Assembly (NCBI GenBank): GCA_020628305.1
Contig: JAHDFH010000003.1
Location: forward strand, 22,033 to 86,032
Source: Acidimicrobiales bacterium
Lineage (GTDB): Bacteria; Actinomycetota; Acidimicrobiia; Acidimicrobiales; SZUA-35
Reading direction: 5' to 3'
DNA length: 64,000 nt
Of the stretch, positions 54,793 through 62,865 are shown in pieces (the stretch's first letter is position 1; the number at the start of each line of letters is the position of its first letter). Position numbers and translations under genes: made by a program. A model generated the notes under the pieces. That model was not told the origin of the DNA. It did not search any database and saw only the letters and a program-made list of their open reading frames with translations.

Positions 54793-56177
54793 GTCAGTGC
54801 CTCCAGTGCTTCTTTTGCCACCTGAACGTCATCAAATTCAAGTACTTCCCCCATAACATACTGACCTGTTTCATGGCCTTTCCCAGCGACCACAACAACG
54901 TCGCCAGCAGCAGCGGAACCCACGGCTTTGTGGATCGCTTCGCTCCGGTCTTCGATCAACAGAACTGAATCAGGGTCGGCTAATCCGTCGAGCACGTCAT
55001 CGAAAATCTGCTGCGGGTCCTCGCTCCGAGGATTATCAGTTGTGAGAATTGCGAGATCTGCCATTTCCTCGGCAATCGCCCCCATCTTGGGGCGCTTTTT
55101 AGAATCGCGATCTCCTCCACAGCCAAACACCAAAATTACCTTACCTGTGCCACTAATCTCTCTAGCTGCTCGGGCAACTGCCGCTAACGCATCCGGAGTG
55201 TGAGCATAATCAACTGCAACCACGAAGGGGTGACTTTCAGAAACTATTTGCAAACGACCCTTCACTGGTGCAGATTCAGACAGCGCTGCGGCTATATCAG
55301 CCACTGCTATTCCAAGAGCTTCGGCTGCTGTTGCAGCTGCTAGTGCATTCATCACATTATGAGTGCCAATCAGATTAAGGCGAACATCCTCACCTCTCCA
55401 AGTAAAATGAGAGGCCGCTCCAACTATCTTTAGGTCCTGAGCGTCACTTAGACTAAAGCCAATCCCTCCACAGCGCTCAATTAGTGTTTGCCCATAGGGG
55501 TCATCAGCGTTGATAACTTGTTGCCGAGCGACGCCTGGAATGAATAGCCGAGCCTTGGCCTCGAAATAGTCCTCCATGGAACCATGAAAGTCCAGGTGAT
55601 CGTGACTCAGGTTGGTGAAGATCGCCACTTCGAAGGTCACCCCTTTGACCCTGTTCATTGCTAGGGCATGAGAAGAGACTTCCATCATTACGAACTCAGC
55701 ACCCCCATCAGCACTTCGTCTGAGTTGTTCTTGAAGCTCTGGCGCCTCAGCTGTAGTACGAGCCCCCGTTAGCGTTCCGTAGACTTCGGAGGGGTCGCCC
55801 GCTTGTCTGGCGATATCGTCCAAGAGCTGAACGACCGAGGTTTTTCCATTGGTGCCAGTTACACCAATTACCTGGATTTCAGAGCTTGGGTTATCGTGGA
55901 TAGCAGAACTGGCGAGACCTAGAACGCTCCTGACATCATCTACCACGATGCTCGGCACACTGTAGAGCGAGTCATGTTCAACTAGAAGCGATGTTGCTCC
56001 TGCGCTGATTGCTGAGTCAATAAAGTCGTGCCCATCGAAGCTCTCACCTTTGACAGCTGCAAACATCACTCCAGGCGCTACCGAACGCGAGTCCATTGTT
56101 AGCGTCACTGGAGCTTCTCCCGTTCCCAGCAGACGGCCACCAACAACCTCAGCTATATGACGTAGACTAGTCGACAC
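54789..56177 (-). CDS. murE: UDP-N-acetylmuramoyl-L-alanyl-D-glutamate--2,6-diaminopimelate ligase
   Basis: It has GVTGTNGKTS, MEVSSHAL..NR and FTNLSHDHLDFH. The MurE-specific TTDNPRSEDP (DNPR) motif distinguishes it from MurF. Confidence 0.88.
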   Translation of the reverse strand: MSTSLRHIAEVVGGRLLGTGEAPVTLTMDSRSVAPGVMFAAVKGESFDGHDFIDSAISAGATSLLVEHDSLYSVPSIVVDDVRSVLGLASSAIHDNPSSEIQVIGVTGTNGKTSVVQLLDDIARQAGDPSEVYGTLTGARTTAEAPELQEQLRRSADGGAEFVMMEVSSHALAMNRVKGVTFEVAIFTNLSHDHLDFHGSMEDYFEAKARLFIPGVARQQVINADDPYGQTLIERCGGIGFSLSDAQDLKIVGAASHFTWRGEDVRLNLIGTHNVMNALAAATAAEALGIAVADIAAALSESAPVKGRLQIVSESHPFVVAVDYAHTPDALAAVARAAREISGTGKVILVFGCGGDRDSKKRPKMGAIAEEMADLAILTTDNPRSEDPQQIFDDVLDGLADPDSVLLIEDRSEAIHKAVGSAAAGDVVVVAGKGHETGQYVMGEVLEFDDVQVAKEALEALT

Positions 56178-58063
56178 TAGTTTCCTCCTGCGCCCGAAAC
56201 GTTTTGACCAACTACCGCCGAAGCATCTGGTTCAGAGATTTCTTCAGCATCAGGCGCCTGCGCAGCGTTGGCCCTTACCTTGCCTTCAAGTGAAAAATCA
56301 TGTGCAACAAGCTCAGGCCGCAGACTCAGTCCATATGACATTATTTCCGAGAAGATTGGCGCTGCTGTAGTGGAGGCGACTTGGGTCGTTATTGGTTCAT
56401 CAACCATTACAGAAACGACTAGTGCCGCATCGCTTGCGGGTGCAAACCCAGAGAAAGTTGTTGTATAGCGACGGTTACCAGCTTCACCGTATGTGAACTT
56501 TCCGGGAGCTGATTCGAAAACCTTCCAGGAAGTTCCCGTCTTACCAGCGGCTTGAACACCTGGCACAGCAGCGCGCTTGCCTGTTCCGGAAACTACTACC
56601 TCAGAAAGACCTTGTACTACTTCTTGGGCGGTCGCTGGTGAGATGACTCGCTGCGCCTCAATTGGCTCAGGCATTAGGTCAGCACCTTCGGGCGAACGTA
56701 GGTGAGAGATCAGCGTTGGTTGAACTCTTTTACCTTGGTTAGCCAAGGTTGCGTAAGCTGTGTTGATCTGCATCAAAGAAGTGGCAATTCCTTGTCCGAT
56801 CGAGATGGAGCCAAGGTCAGAGCCGTACCAATCAGATACTGGACGCAGCCGCCCCGATGCTTCCCCACCCAGGCCTGTCTTGGTGGTGCTGCCGAAGCCG
56901 AACGCAGAAAGTGACCCATAGAGACCTTCTGCCCCAAGCCGCTTCGCCATCGAGATGGTGCCAACGTTGGAGGACTTGGCCAACACTTGGGTCACTGTGA
57001 AATCTTCGGTGGCTCTTTCGGGATGGTCAGAGAACTCTTTATCCCCCACCACAATTTCTGGGGGCAAGTTCAGAACCGTCGAAGCCGAATAGGAAAATTC
57101 GTCCATAGCTGCGGCTATCACAAACGGTTTGAGTACGCTCCCTGGCTCATATGAATCAAGAAGCGGCTTGTTGTAACGAGCTATTGAGCATTGTTCATCA
57201 TTACGCTGAACCGACGCCATGGCTAGCACAGCACCTGTGCCTGGCTCTGAAACAACTGCGGAGACACCTGCAGCCTGCTGAAGCTCACAGTGACGCTTAA
57301 GTATCTCCTCGGTAGTGAACTGCAAACGGTGATCAATCGTGAGCACCACGTCAAAGCCGCTCTGCGCCTCTCGAATCTGCGACGCTCCCAAACCGATACT
57401 GCCGCCGAAGTTATTGCGTTCAAATTCCGCAGACCCGGCAACGCCGCGCATCACCTCATCGAACTGTGACTCCACACCAAAGACGCCAACAGAATCCGGG
57501 TCAACTCGCCCAACAATGGAAAGCGCTAGCTCCTCAGCAGGGTAAGTCCTCTGGTCTTGCTCTTCAAGATACACTCCGGCCAAAATCCTGGGCGAACCAG
57601 CTATCAGCTCTTTTACTGCAGTTGCTTCATTATCGTTAAGATTACGCTTGATCAGCTCGTACCGATCATTCTCAGACGCTCCAGTCAAGTCCGCCAACAC
57701 TTGCTCGATCGACAAATCAACTACAGGGGCCAGCAGCGCTGCAGCCTCCGCCTTTGACTCAACCCGACTTGGATCAGCGATTAGATAGTGAGTGGGTCTT
57801 GATGCGGCTAACACAAAGCCAGTTGAATCTAAAATATCGCCCCGAGTTGGCTCAAGAGTTGCCGTTGCGGTGCGCTGAGAGACACCCATGGTGCGAAACT
57901 CTTCAGCACCTACGGCTTGGAGGTCTACCAGTACAGCCATAAACGCCGCACCTATCACTATGAACCCTGCTAAAAGCCCAATGAGCTTATTGCGTGGATT
58001 TTTAGGTGTAGTAGTTTTCGCAAACCTCTGGCGACGTTTGGAGTGAGTATATTTCTTAGTCAC
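56177..58063 (-). CDS. ftsI: class B penicillin-binding protein (FtsI-type transpeptidase)
   Basis: It has an N-terminal TM anchor and a dimerisation domain. The transpeptidase motifs are SVLK (SxxK), SSN (SxN) and KTGT. Confidence 0.9.
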   Translation of the reverse strand: MTKKYTHSKRRQRFAKTTTPKNPRNKLIGLLAGFIVIGAAFMAVLVDLQAVGAEEFRTMGVSQRTATATLEPTRGDILDSTGFVLAASRPTHYLIADPSRVESKAEAAALLAPVVDLSIEQVLADLTGASENDRYELIKRNLNDNEATAVKELIAGSPRILAGVYLEEQDQRTYPAEELALSIVGRVDPDSVGVFGVESQFDEVMRGVAGSAEFERNNFGGSIGLGASQIREAQSGFDVVLTIDHRLQFTTEEILKRHCELQQAAGVSAVVSEPGTGAVLAMASVQRNDEQCSIARYNKPLLDSYEPGSVLKPFVIAAAMDEFSYSASTVLNLPPEIVVGDKEFSDHPERATEDFTVTQVLAKSSNVGTISMAKRLGAEGLYGSLSAFGFGSTTKTGLGGEASGRLRPVSDWYGSDLGSISIGQGIATSLMQINTAYATLANQGKRVQPTLISHLRSPEGADLMPEPIEAQRVISPATAQEVVQGLSEVVVSGTGKRAAVPGVQAAGKTGTSWKVFESAPGKFTYGEAGNRRYTTTFSGFAPASDAALVVSVMVDEPITTQVASTTAAPIFSEIMSYGLSLRPELVAHDFSLEGKVRANAAQAPDAEEISEPDASAVVGQNVSGAGGN

Positions 58064-58436
58064 TACCTACCGCCTGGATAACCACAGGCTGTTCAGCTCG
58101 AACTAAACCAAGATCTTCGGCTCGTTCCACGATGCGCTTAGGAGCACTAGCAACTGCCACTGCGTGTTCTAAGGTGCTTCTTTCGGCCTCGAGAGACACC
58201 AACTGGTCTTGTAGATCATCCAGTTCTTGCTGCGGTGACACAAGAAGCGCCTGAGCGAAAGTAACTGCGAACAACATAGCTAAGGTAAAAAGTAGCAGAA
58301 TAAATCCGGCGAACCGGCGACGCATTCCAGAAGGTGAAGTTTGTTTCTCGATGAGTTTGAGAGTAGTACCAATTTTCGGCCCTTGCATCGTCCTAAACGG
58401 TGAAGTTGCTCGGGTTTTTGGAGACATCTGTAGCAT
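58056..58436 (-). CDS. ftsL: FtsL-like septation membrane protein
   Basis: 126 aa, with a single TM helix followed by a coiled coil. It lies between rsmH and ftsI. Confidence 0.6.
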   Translation of the reverse strand: MLQMSPKTRATSPFRTMQGPKIGTTLKLIEKQTSPSGMRRRFAGFILLLFTLAMLFAVTFAQALLVSPQQELDDLQDQLVSLEAERSTLEHAVAVASAPKRIVERAEDLGLVRAEQPVVIQAVGSD

Positions 58437-59369
58437 CTAGGCTGCCACCCTTTCAATTACGCGCAGACGAGCGCTCTGGGAGCGAGAATTGCTTGTCAAT
58501 TCAGCTTCACTAGGTCTTATTACTTGAGGCGAAGATTTTTTGAAAGACGGAATGTCTACCGGCTTGGGCAATCCTGGCGGGTCTGTTGACATTGACAAAG
58601 CACTAAACACTGACTTAACGATTCTGTCCTCACCGCTGTGATATGTAATGACGAGCCCTTTGCCGCCTTCCTGGAGTGCGTTTGTTGCTGCCAGAATTGA
58701 TTCAGCAAGTATGTCGAGTTCATCGTTGACCTCGATCCTTATTGCCTGAAATGTTCTTTTCGCTGGATTGCCACCTTTACGGCGAGCCGCATGAGGTATC
58801 GCAGCAATAACAATTTCGGCAAGTTGATCTGTGCTGAGCACAGGACGAGCTTCAACAATGGCTCTAGCTATTCGGCCGGCAAACTTTTCGTCAGAATAGT
58901 CTGAGATCACTGCCCGCAACTCGGATTCGCTATAGCCGTTCACAACATCTGCAGCGCTTAACTCAGCGCTTATGTCCATTCGCATGTCCAACGGCCCACT
59001 GAAGCGATAAGCAAAGCCACGTTCCGCAGTGTCCAGCTGATAAGAACTCACTCCAAGGTCAAACAAGTAGCCAACAAGTGGCCTCCCAGCAAGCACTTCG
59101 AGTACTTGGGAGAAGTTGGCCTTAACGATTTCGACTCGCGAATTGAAACTACTTAAGCGGGTCGAAGCAGTAGCTATTGCTTCCTCGTCTTGGTCTATCC
59201 CGATCAGCTTCAACCCCCCGTTGGACTCCAAGACTGCTCTAGAGTGCCCGGCTCCCCCGAGGGTTGCGTCCAAAAATAGACCATCTTCCATATTTTTGGC
59301 TGCCGATACAACCTCAGTGAGCATGACAGGAACATGTGAGAAACTTGCCTCCACGTGACTCTCAGACAT
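58437..59369 (-). CDS. rsmH: 16S rRNA (cytosine1402-N4)-methyltransferase
   Basis: It has HVPVML.E, DATLGGAGHS, FDLGVSS.QLD, RGF and YHSGEDR motifs. Confidence 0.95.
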   Translation of the reverse strand: MSESHVEASFSHVPVMLTEVVSAAKNMEDGLFLDATLGGAGHSRAVLESNGGLKLIGIDQDEEAIATASTRLSSFNSRVEIVKANFSQVLEVLAGRPLVGYLFDLGVSSYQLDTAERGFAYRFSGPLDMRMDISAELSAADVVNGYSESELRAVISDYSDEKFAGRIARAIVEARPVLSTDQLAEIVIAAIPHAARRKGGNPAKRTFQAIRIEVNDELDILAESILAATNALQEGGKGLVITYHSGEDRIVKSVFSALSMSTDPPGLPKPVDIPSFKKSSPQVIRPSEAELTSNSRSQSARLRVIERVAA

Positions 59370-59795
59370 TTACAAACCCAGCCTTGCGACCGCTTCGGCC
59401 AGCTCTTCAGAGGTAGCAACATCACCTTGCTCTGTCGCATAAGACTCTGCGGGCCAGATCTCAACCCGATCAAACAGACCGCTAACAACTACCTGCGAAT
59501 CAAAATTCAATTGTTCAAGAAGTTCAGATGGCAAATTGATTCGTCCAGCGGAGTCTAATTTGACTTCGCTTACCGAGTTCATCAGCTTGCGGAACACCTT
59601 CATAGAGATTCGACCTGCTTCTGACTCGGCCTTCCATCTTTGAGCTACCTCGGAAAACTTGTCTGAGCTCCATAAACCAATGCAATTATCCAACAGGGTT
59701 ACATAGCCACGTTCGGCAACGAAGGCACGGAACGGCGCAGGCAGGACGACACGGCCCTTTGCATCTAATGCGTGATCGTACTGTCCTACAAACAC
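59370..59795 (-). CDS. mraZ: transcriptional regulator MraZ
   Basis: GTG start preceded by GGGGAG. It has F.G.....LD.KGR...P and a second D..GRI.LP repeat. It is the first gene of the dcw cluster. Confidence 0.93.
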   Translation of the reverse strand: MFVGQYDHALDAKGRVVLPAPFRAFVAERGYVTLLDNCIGLWSSDKFSEVAQRWKAESEAGRISMKVFRKLMNSVSEVKLDSAGRINLPSELLEQLNFDSQVVVSGLFDRVEIWPAESYATEQGDVATSEELAEAVARLGL

Positions 59796-59918
59796 CGACT
59801 ACTCCCCAAGGCGAATACAACACTTCACGACCCCAGGGTTTCCCCCAGGGCCACAAAGAAAGCCAGCGCACTAACTACCAAACAGCCAATTTCTTGACTG
59901 CCACCCATGTGGGCCAGA

Positions 59919-59953
59919 CCCACTACGTGACACATTATGACACTTTGCCACAC
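59919..59953 (-). promoter_or_regulatory. putative MraZ operator: four direct GTGKN boxes with 10-bp phasing
   Basis: The minus strand reads GTGTG-gcaaa-GTGTC-ataat-GTGTC-acgta-GTGGG. On the plus strand the boxes lie at 59949-53, 59939-43, 59929-33 and 59919-23. The array is 124-158 nt upstream of the mraZ start. This matches the known organisation of MraZ boxes: pentameric G-rich repeats with 10-bp periodicity. Confidence 0.55.
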
Positions 59954-60023
59954 ATTGCAACCATTTAGAAGATTTATCCGACACATCGCCACCCGCCGGT
60001 AAAGGACATCAACCAAATAGAAT

Positions 60024-60686
60024 GTGGCAATGGATTGGCGCTTCAATGAGCAACTTGGAACTGCAGATCAGCTCCACAACATGGCAGCACCACTTGGGGG
60101 TGGCTTTACCGCAGCCCTCAACCAAATAGCGACCGATGCTTTGGTTCTTGGCAGCTCCCAAACCACTGACCTCATCGACCAAAAAAGAGCTAACGATGAC
60201 AGCATTGAGATCGCCAAGCGCAGAACCGGAGGCGGAATCGTCTTTATTGACAAACGACAGGATGCTTGGCTAGATATTTATGTGCCAAGTGATGCCCCCT
60301 TCCTTAGCCCAAAGATCGAAAATTCGTTCGATTGGCTCGGCCTCATCTGGCTGGAAGCCCTAAAAGCTACAGCGCCCGAGGTTGGCTTTAGATTGCTAAA
60401 GAGCAAGCCAACGAACCCAGCAAGCCTTGCTGGCTCACTGTGCTTTAACTCCATGGGCTTCGGAGAGATTGCGCTAGGCCCAAGCAAAGTCGTTGGGATC
60501 TCCCAGAGACGGTCGAGAGACTACAGCAAGTTCCAATGCTTATATTGCCCCTCCGGAGGACTAACCCGAGTTTCCAAATACTTGACCAGCAAGCCGAGCT
60601 TAATTTCAGCCCAACACGACGTCGACCTACTACCCAGCGCCAGCGCCGTGGTAGAAGTATTTATGGATCAGCTTCATAGATTTTGA
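60024..60686 (+). CDS. lipoate/biotin protein ligase-family (BPL_LplA_LipB) protein
   Basis: It has RRTGGGIVFID and GEIALGPSKVVGISQRR (conserved Lys-x-x-G-x-(S/A)-Q-x-R block) of the LplA/LipB fold. It is short (220 aa) and divergent from mraZ. Confidence 0.5.
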   Translation: MAMDWRFNEQLGTADQLHNMAAPLGGGFTAALNQIATDALVLGSSQTTDLIDQKRANDDSIEIAKRRTGGGIVFIDKRQDAWLDIYVPSDAPFLSPKIENSFDWLGLIWLEALKATAPEVGFRLLKSKPTNPASLAGSLCFNSMGFGEIALGPSKVVGISQRRSRDYSKFQCLYCPSGGLTRVSKYLTSKPSLISAQHDVDLLPSASAVVEVFMDQLHRF

Positions 60687-60735
60687 TGACTTCAAGTTAA
60701 GCTAATAGTCGTTAGTTTCATAAGAGAAGAGATAG

Positions 60736-61719
60736 ATGACAACCACCACTGCGTCCCGACTGACAGAAGATACAGCTCAAAGATTCTCTGCCGCTTTTTC
60801 TGCAATCAGAGACAACATGCAAACAATCCTTCAAGGAAAGCCCGAACTCGTTGAGAACTCACTCCTGTCGCTGGTATCCGGTGGCCACATCCTTGTCGAG
60901 GACGTACCAGGGTTGGGTAAAACTCTGTTGGCCAAGGCGCTGTCAGCTTCTGTAGGCGCAAACTTGGGACGCATCCAGTTCACGCCCGACCTCCTCCCAG
61001 CCGATGTGACCGGCGTCAGCATCTGGAACAGGGAAACGTCATCATTTGAATTTAGGCCTGGCCCTATCTTCACGGAGCTCGTCTTGGCCGATGAGATTAA
61101 CCGAGCCGCCCCAAAGACTCAATCTGCTCTGCTCGAGGCTATGGCTGAATCTCAAGTGACGGTAGATGGACACACACATGGCCTACCGGATCCTTTTATG
61201 GTTATCGCCACACAGAACCCAATCGAGCAAGAGGGAACCTACCCGCTCCCAGAGAGCCAGCTTGACCGTTTCTCGTTGAAGGTGTCTGTTGGTTACCCAA
61301 CCCGCCAAGATGAAATCTCGATCTTAGAGACACACGAAACCGACAACGCTTTGACCGAGCTGCAAGCAGTCGCTACCCTAGCGGACATCAAACGGATGGC
61401 GGCCATGATCCCTGAGGTTTACATTGCGCCAGCTTTACGTGACTACATTGTGTCGATCGCTGATGCAACTAGAAACCATCAGGCAATCACTTTGGGAGTG
61501 TCTCCACGGGCTGCACTGGCGTTACAAAAAATCTCAAGGGCGAAAGCAGCGGCGAGTGGTCGAAACTTCGTAAACGACCACGACATTAAATCCACCGCCG
61601 TGGCGGTGATGGCCCATCGTCTCATTCTTACCCCAGAAGCTCACCTACAGCAGGCCACACCCGAGTCCATCATGGAACAAATTCTTAACTCTGTACCAAC
61701 TCCCAGCCCAGGAGCTTAA
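60736..61719 (+). CDS. MoxR-family AAA+ ATPase
   Basis: It has Walker A VPGLGKT, Walker B LADEINRA, ATQNP.E.EGTYPLPE.QLDRF and SPRA motifs. Confidence 0.93.
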   Translation: MTTTTASRLTEDTAQRFSAAFSAIRDNMQTILQGKPELVENSLLSLVSGGHILVEDVPGLGKTLLAKALSASVGANLGRIQFTPDLLPADVTGVSIWNRETSSFEFRPGPIFTELVLADEINRAAPKTQSALLEAMAESQVTVDGHTHGLPDPFMVIATQNPIEQEGTYPLPESQLDRFSLKVSVGYPTRQDEISILETHETDNALTELQAVATLADIKRMAAMIPEVYIAPALRDYIVSIADATRNHQAITLGVSPRAALALQKISRAKAAASGRNFVNDHDIKSTAVAVMAHRLILTPEAHLQQATPESIMEQILNSVPTPSPGA

Positions 61720-62865
61720 GTGAGACTCACCCGTGCAGGTTGGGGGCTAACCGCAGCCGGAGCAAACTCCGTGCTCATCGGGTACTTATTTGGTATCACC
61801 GAGTTATTCTTGCTTTGCGCCATGTGCCTTACAGCGCTTGTGGCAGCGCTCGTCTACGTGTCGGTAGTCTCCCCAAGCCTAAAGGCAAAACGATCTACCC
61901 GGCCGGCAAAGCTTAGAGCCGGAAACAAAGCTCAATTGTTGCTTGAGCTGACAAACAGGCGCAAGCGCCGAACTCCAATTCTCTTTGCAACAGACACGAT
62001 CGCAGGTGAGCACTCCTCAAAGCTTACTTTTGGTTCTATTGGCCCCCATTCCCAGATCAAGGTTGGCTATTCAATTCCAACAACAAAGCGAGGAATTCTG
62101 AGCGTCGGGCCCTTAACCACGACGATTCAAGACCCGCTTGGGTTGGCAAAACGCAAACTTAAACTGGAATCAAACTCCAAGTTCTTAGTGCGACCTCAGC
62201 TTAAGGAACTTCCAGCCATTAGCGCCTCAATGGGCCGCCTAAAGCGATCTCGAAAGAGAACGAGGTCATCGAACCACGGGGACGACGATTTTTACGCCCT
62301 CCGCCCGTACGTGATAGGCGATGATCTACGCAAAGTTCACTGGCGGGCTTCGGCGCGTAGCGAGGACCTTCTTGTGCGCCAAGACAAAGACATAAAGCTT
62401 GGGGCGGTGACTGTGGTATTAGACACCCAAGCCGCTAGTTACACAGCTGACGGCTTTGAGCGAGCGGTGATCGCAGCCAACTCATGTGCCCACGCAGCCT
62501 TCTCTGGAGGCGACTTGGTTCAGTTTTATACAACTGATGTCACGACTCCCGTAGTGATCGATTCAACCGAGTCCCTAAACAGCGTCGAAGAGCAGCTTGG
62601 CCTAATTGCTCCAGATCCGGATTCTGATGTAGAGCGAATCCTTGAGCCACTCTCACGCAAATCCGTTGGTGGAACGCTCATTGTTGTAGCCGGAAATATC
62701 TCACCAGAGTTAGCCCGACAAGTCAGCCACTGCAGATATCGTCACCGGCAAGTGATAGTAATTTCGTGTGAAGCGAATCGATCAAGTGGTTTAGCCGTTA
62801 TATACGATGATAGTCAACCTCTTGAGTCTGTTTGGGCCAAAGCGATGGCGGTTACAGCGAAATGA
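61720..62865 (+). CDS. DUF58-domain protein (vWA-like, MoxR partner)
   Basis: It has N-terminal TM helices, then the DUF58 signature DDFYALRPYV.GDDLR.VHW.ASAR...L.VR. It begins immediately after the moxR stop. Confidence 0.85.
   Translation: MRLTRAGWGLTAAGANSVLIGYLFGITELFLLCAMCLTALVAALVYVSVVSPSLKAKRSTRPAKLRAGNKAQLLLELTNRRKRRTPILFATDTIAGEHSSKLTFGSIGPHSQIKVGYSIPTTKRGILSVGPLTTTIQDPLGLAKRKLKLESNSKFLVRPQLKELPAISASMGRLKRSRKRTRSSNHGDDDFYALRPYVIGDDLRKVHWRASARSEDLLVRQDKDIKLGAVTVVLDTQAASYTADGFERAVIAANSCAHAAFSGGDLVQFYTTDVTTPVVIDSTESLNSVEEQLGLIAPDPDSDVERILEPLSRKSVGGTLIVVAGNISPELARQVSHCRYRHRQVIVISCEANRSSGLAVIYDDSQPLESVWAKAMAVTAK

Noticed and set aside
54789-56177. Possibility that the ligase next to mraY is MurF, since the N-terminal GESFDGHDF segment looks MurF-like.
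   Set aside because: The central and C-terminal motifs (MEVSSHAL, FTNLSHDHLDFH, DNPRSEDP) are diagnostic of MurE.
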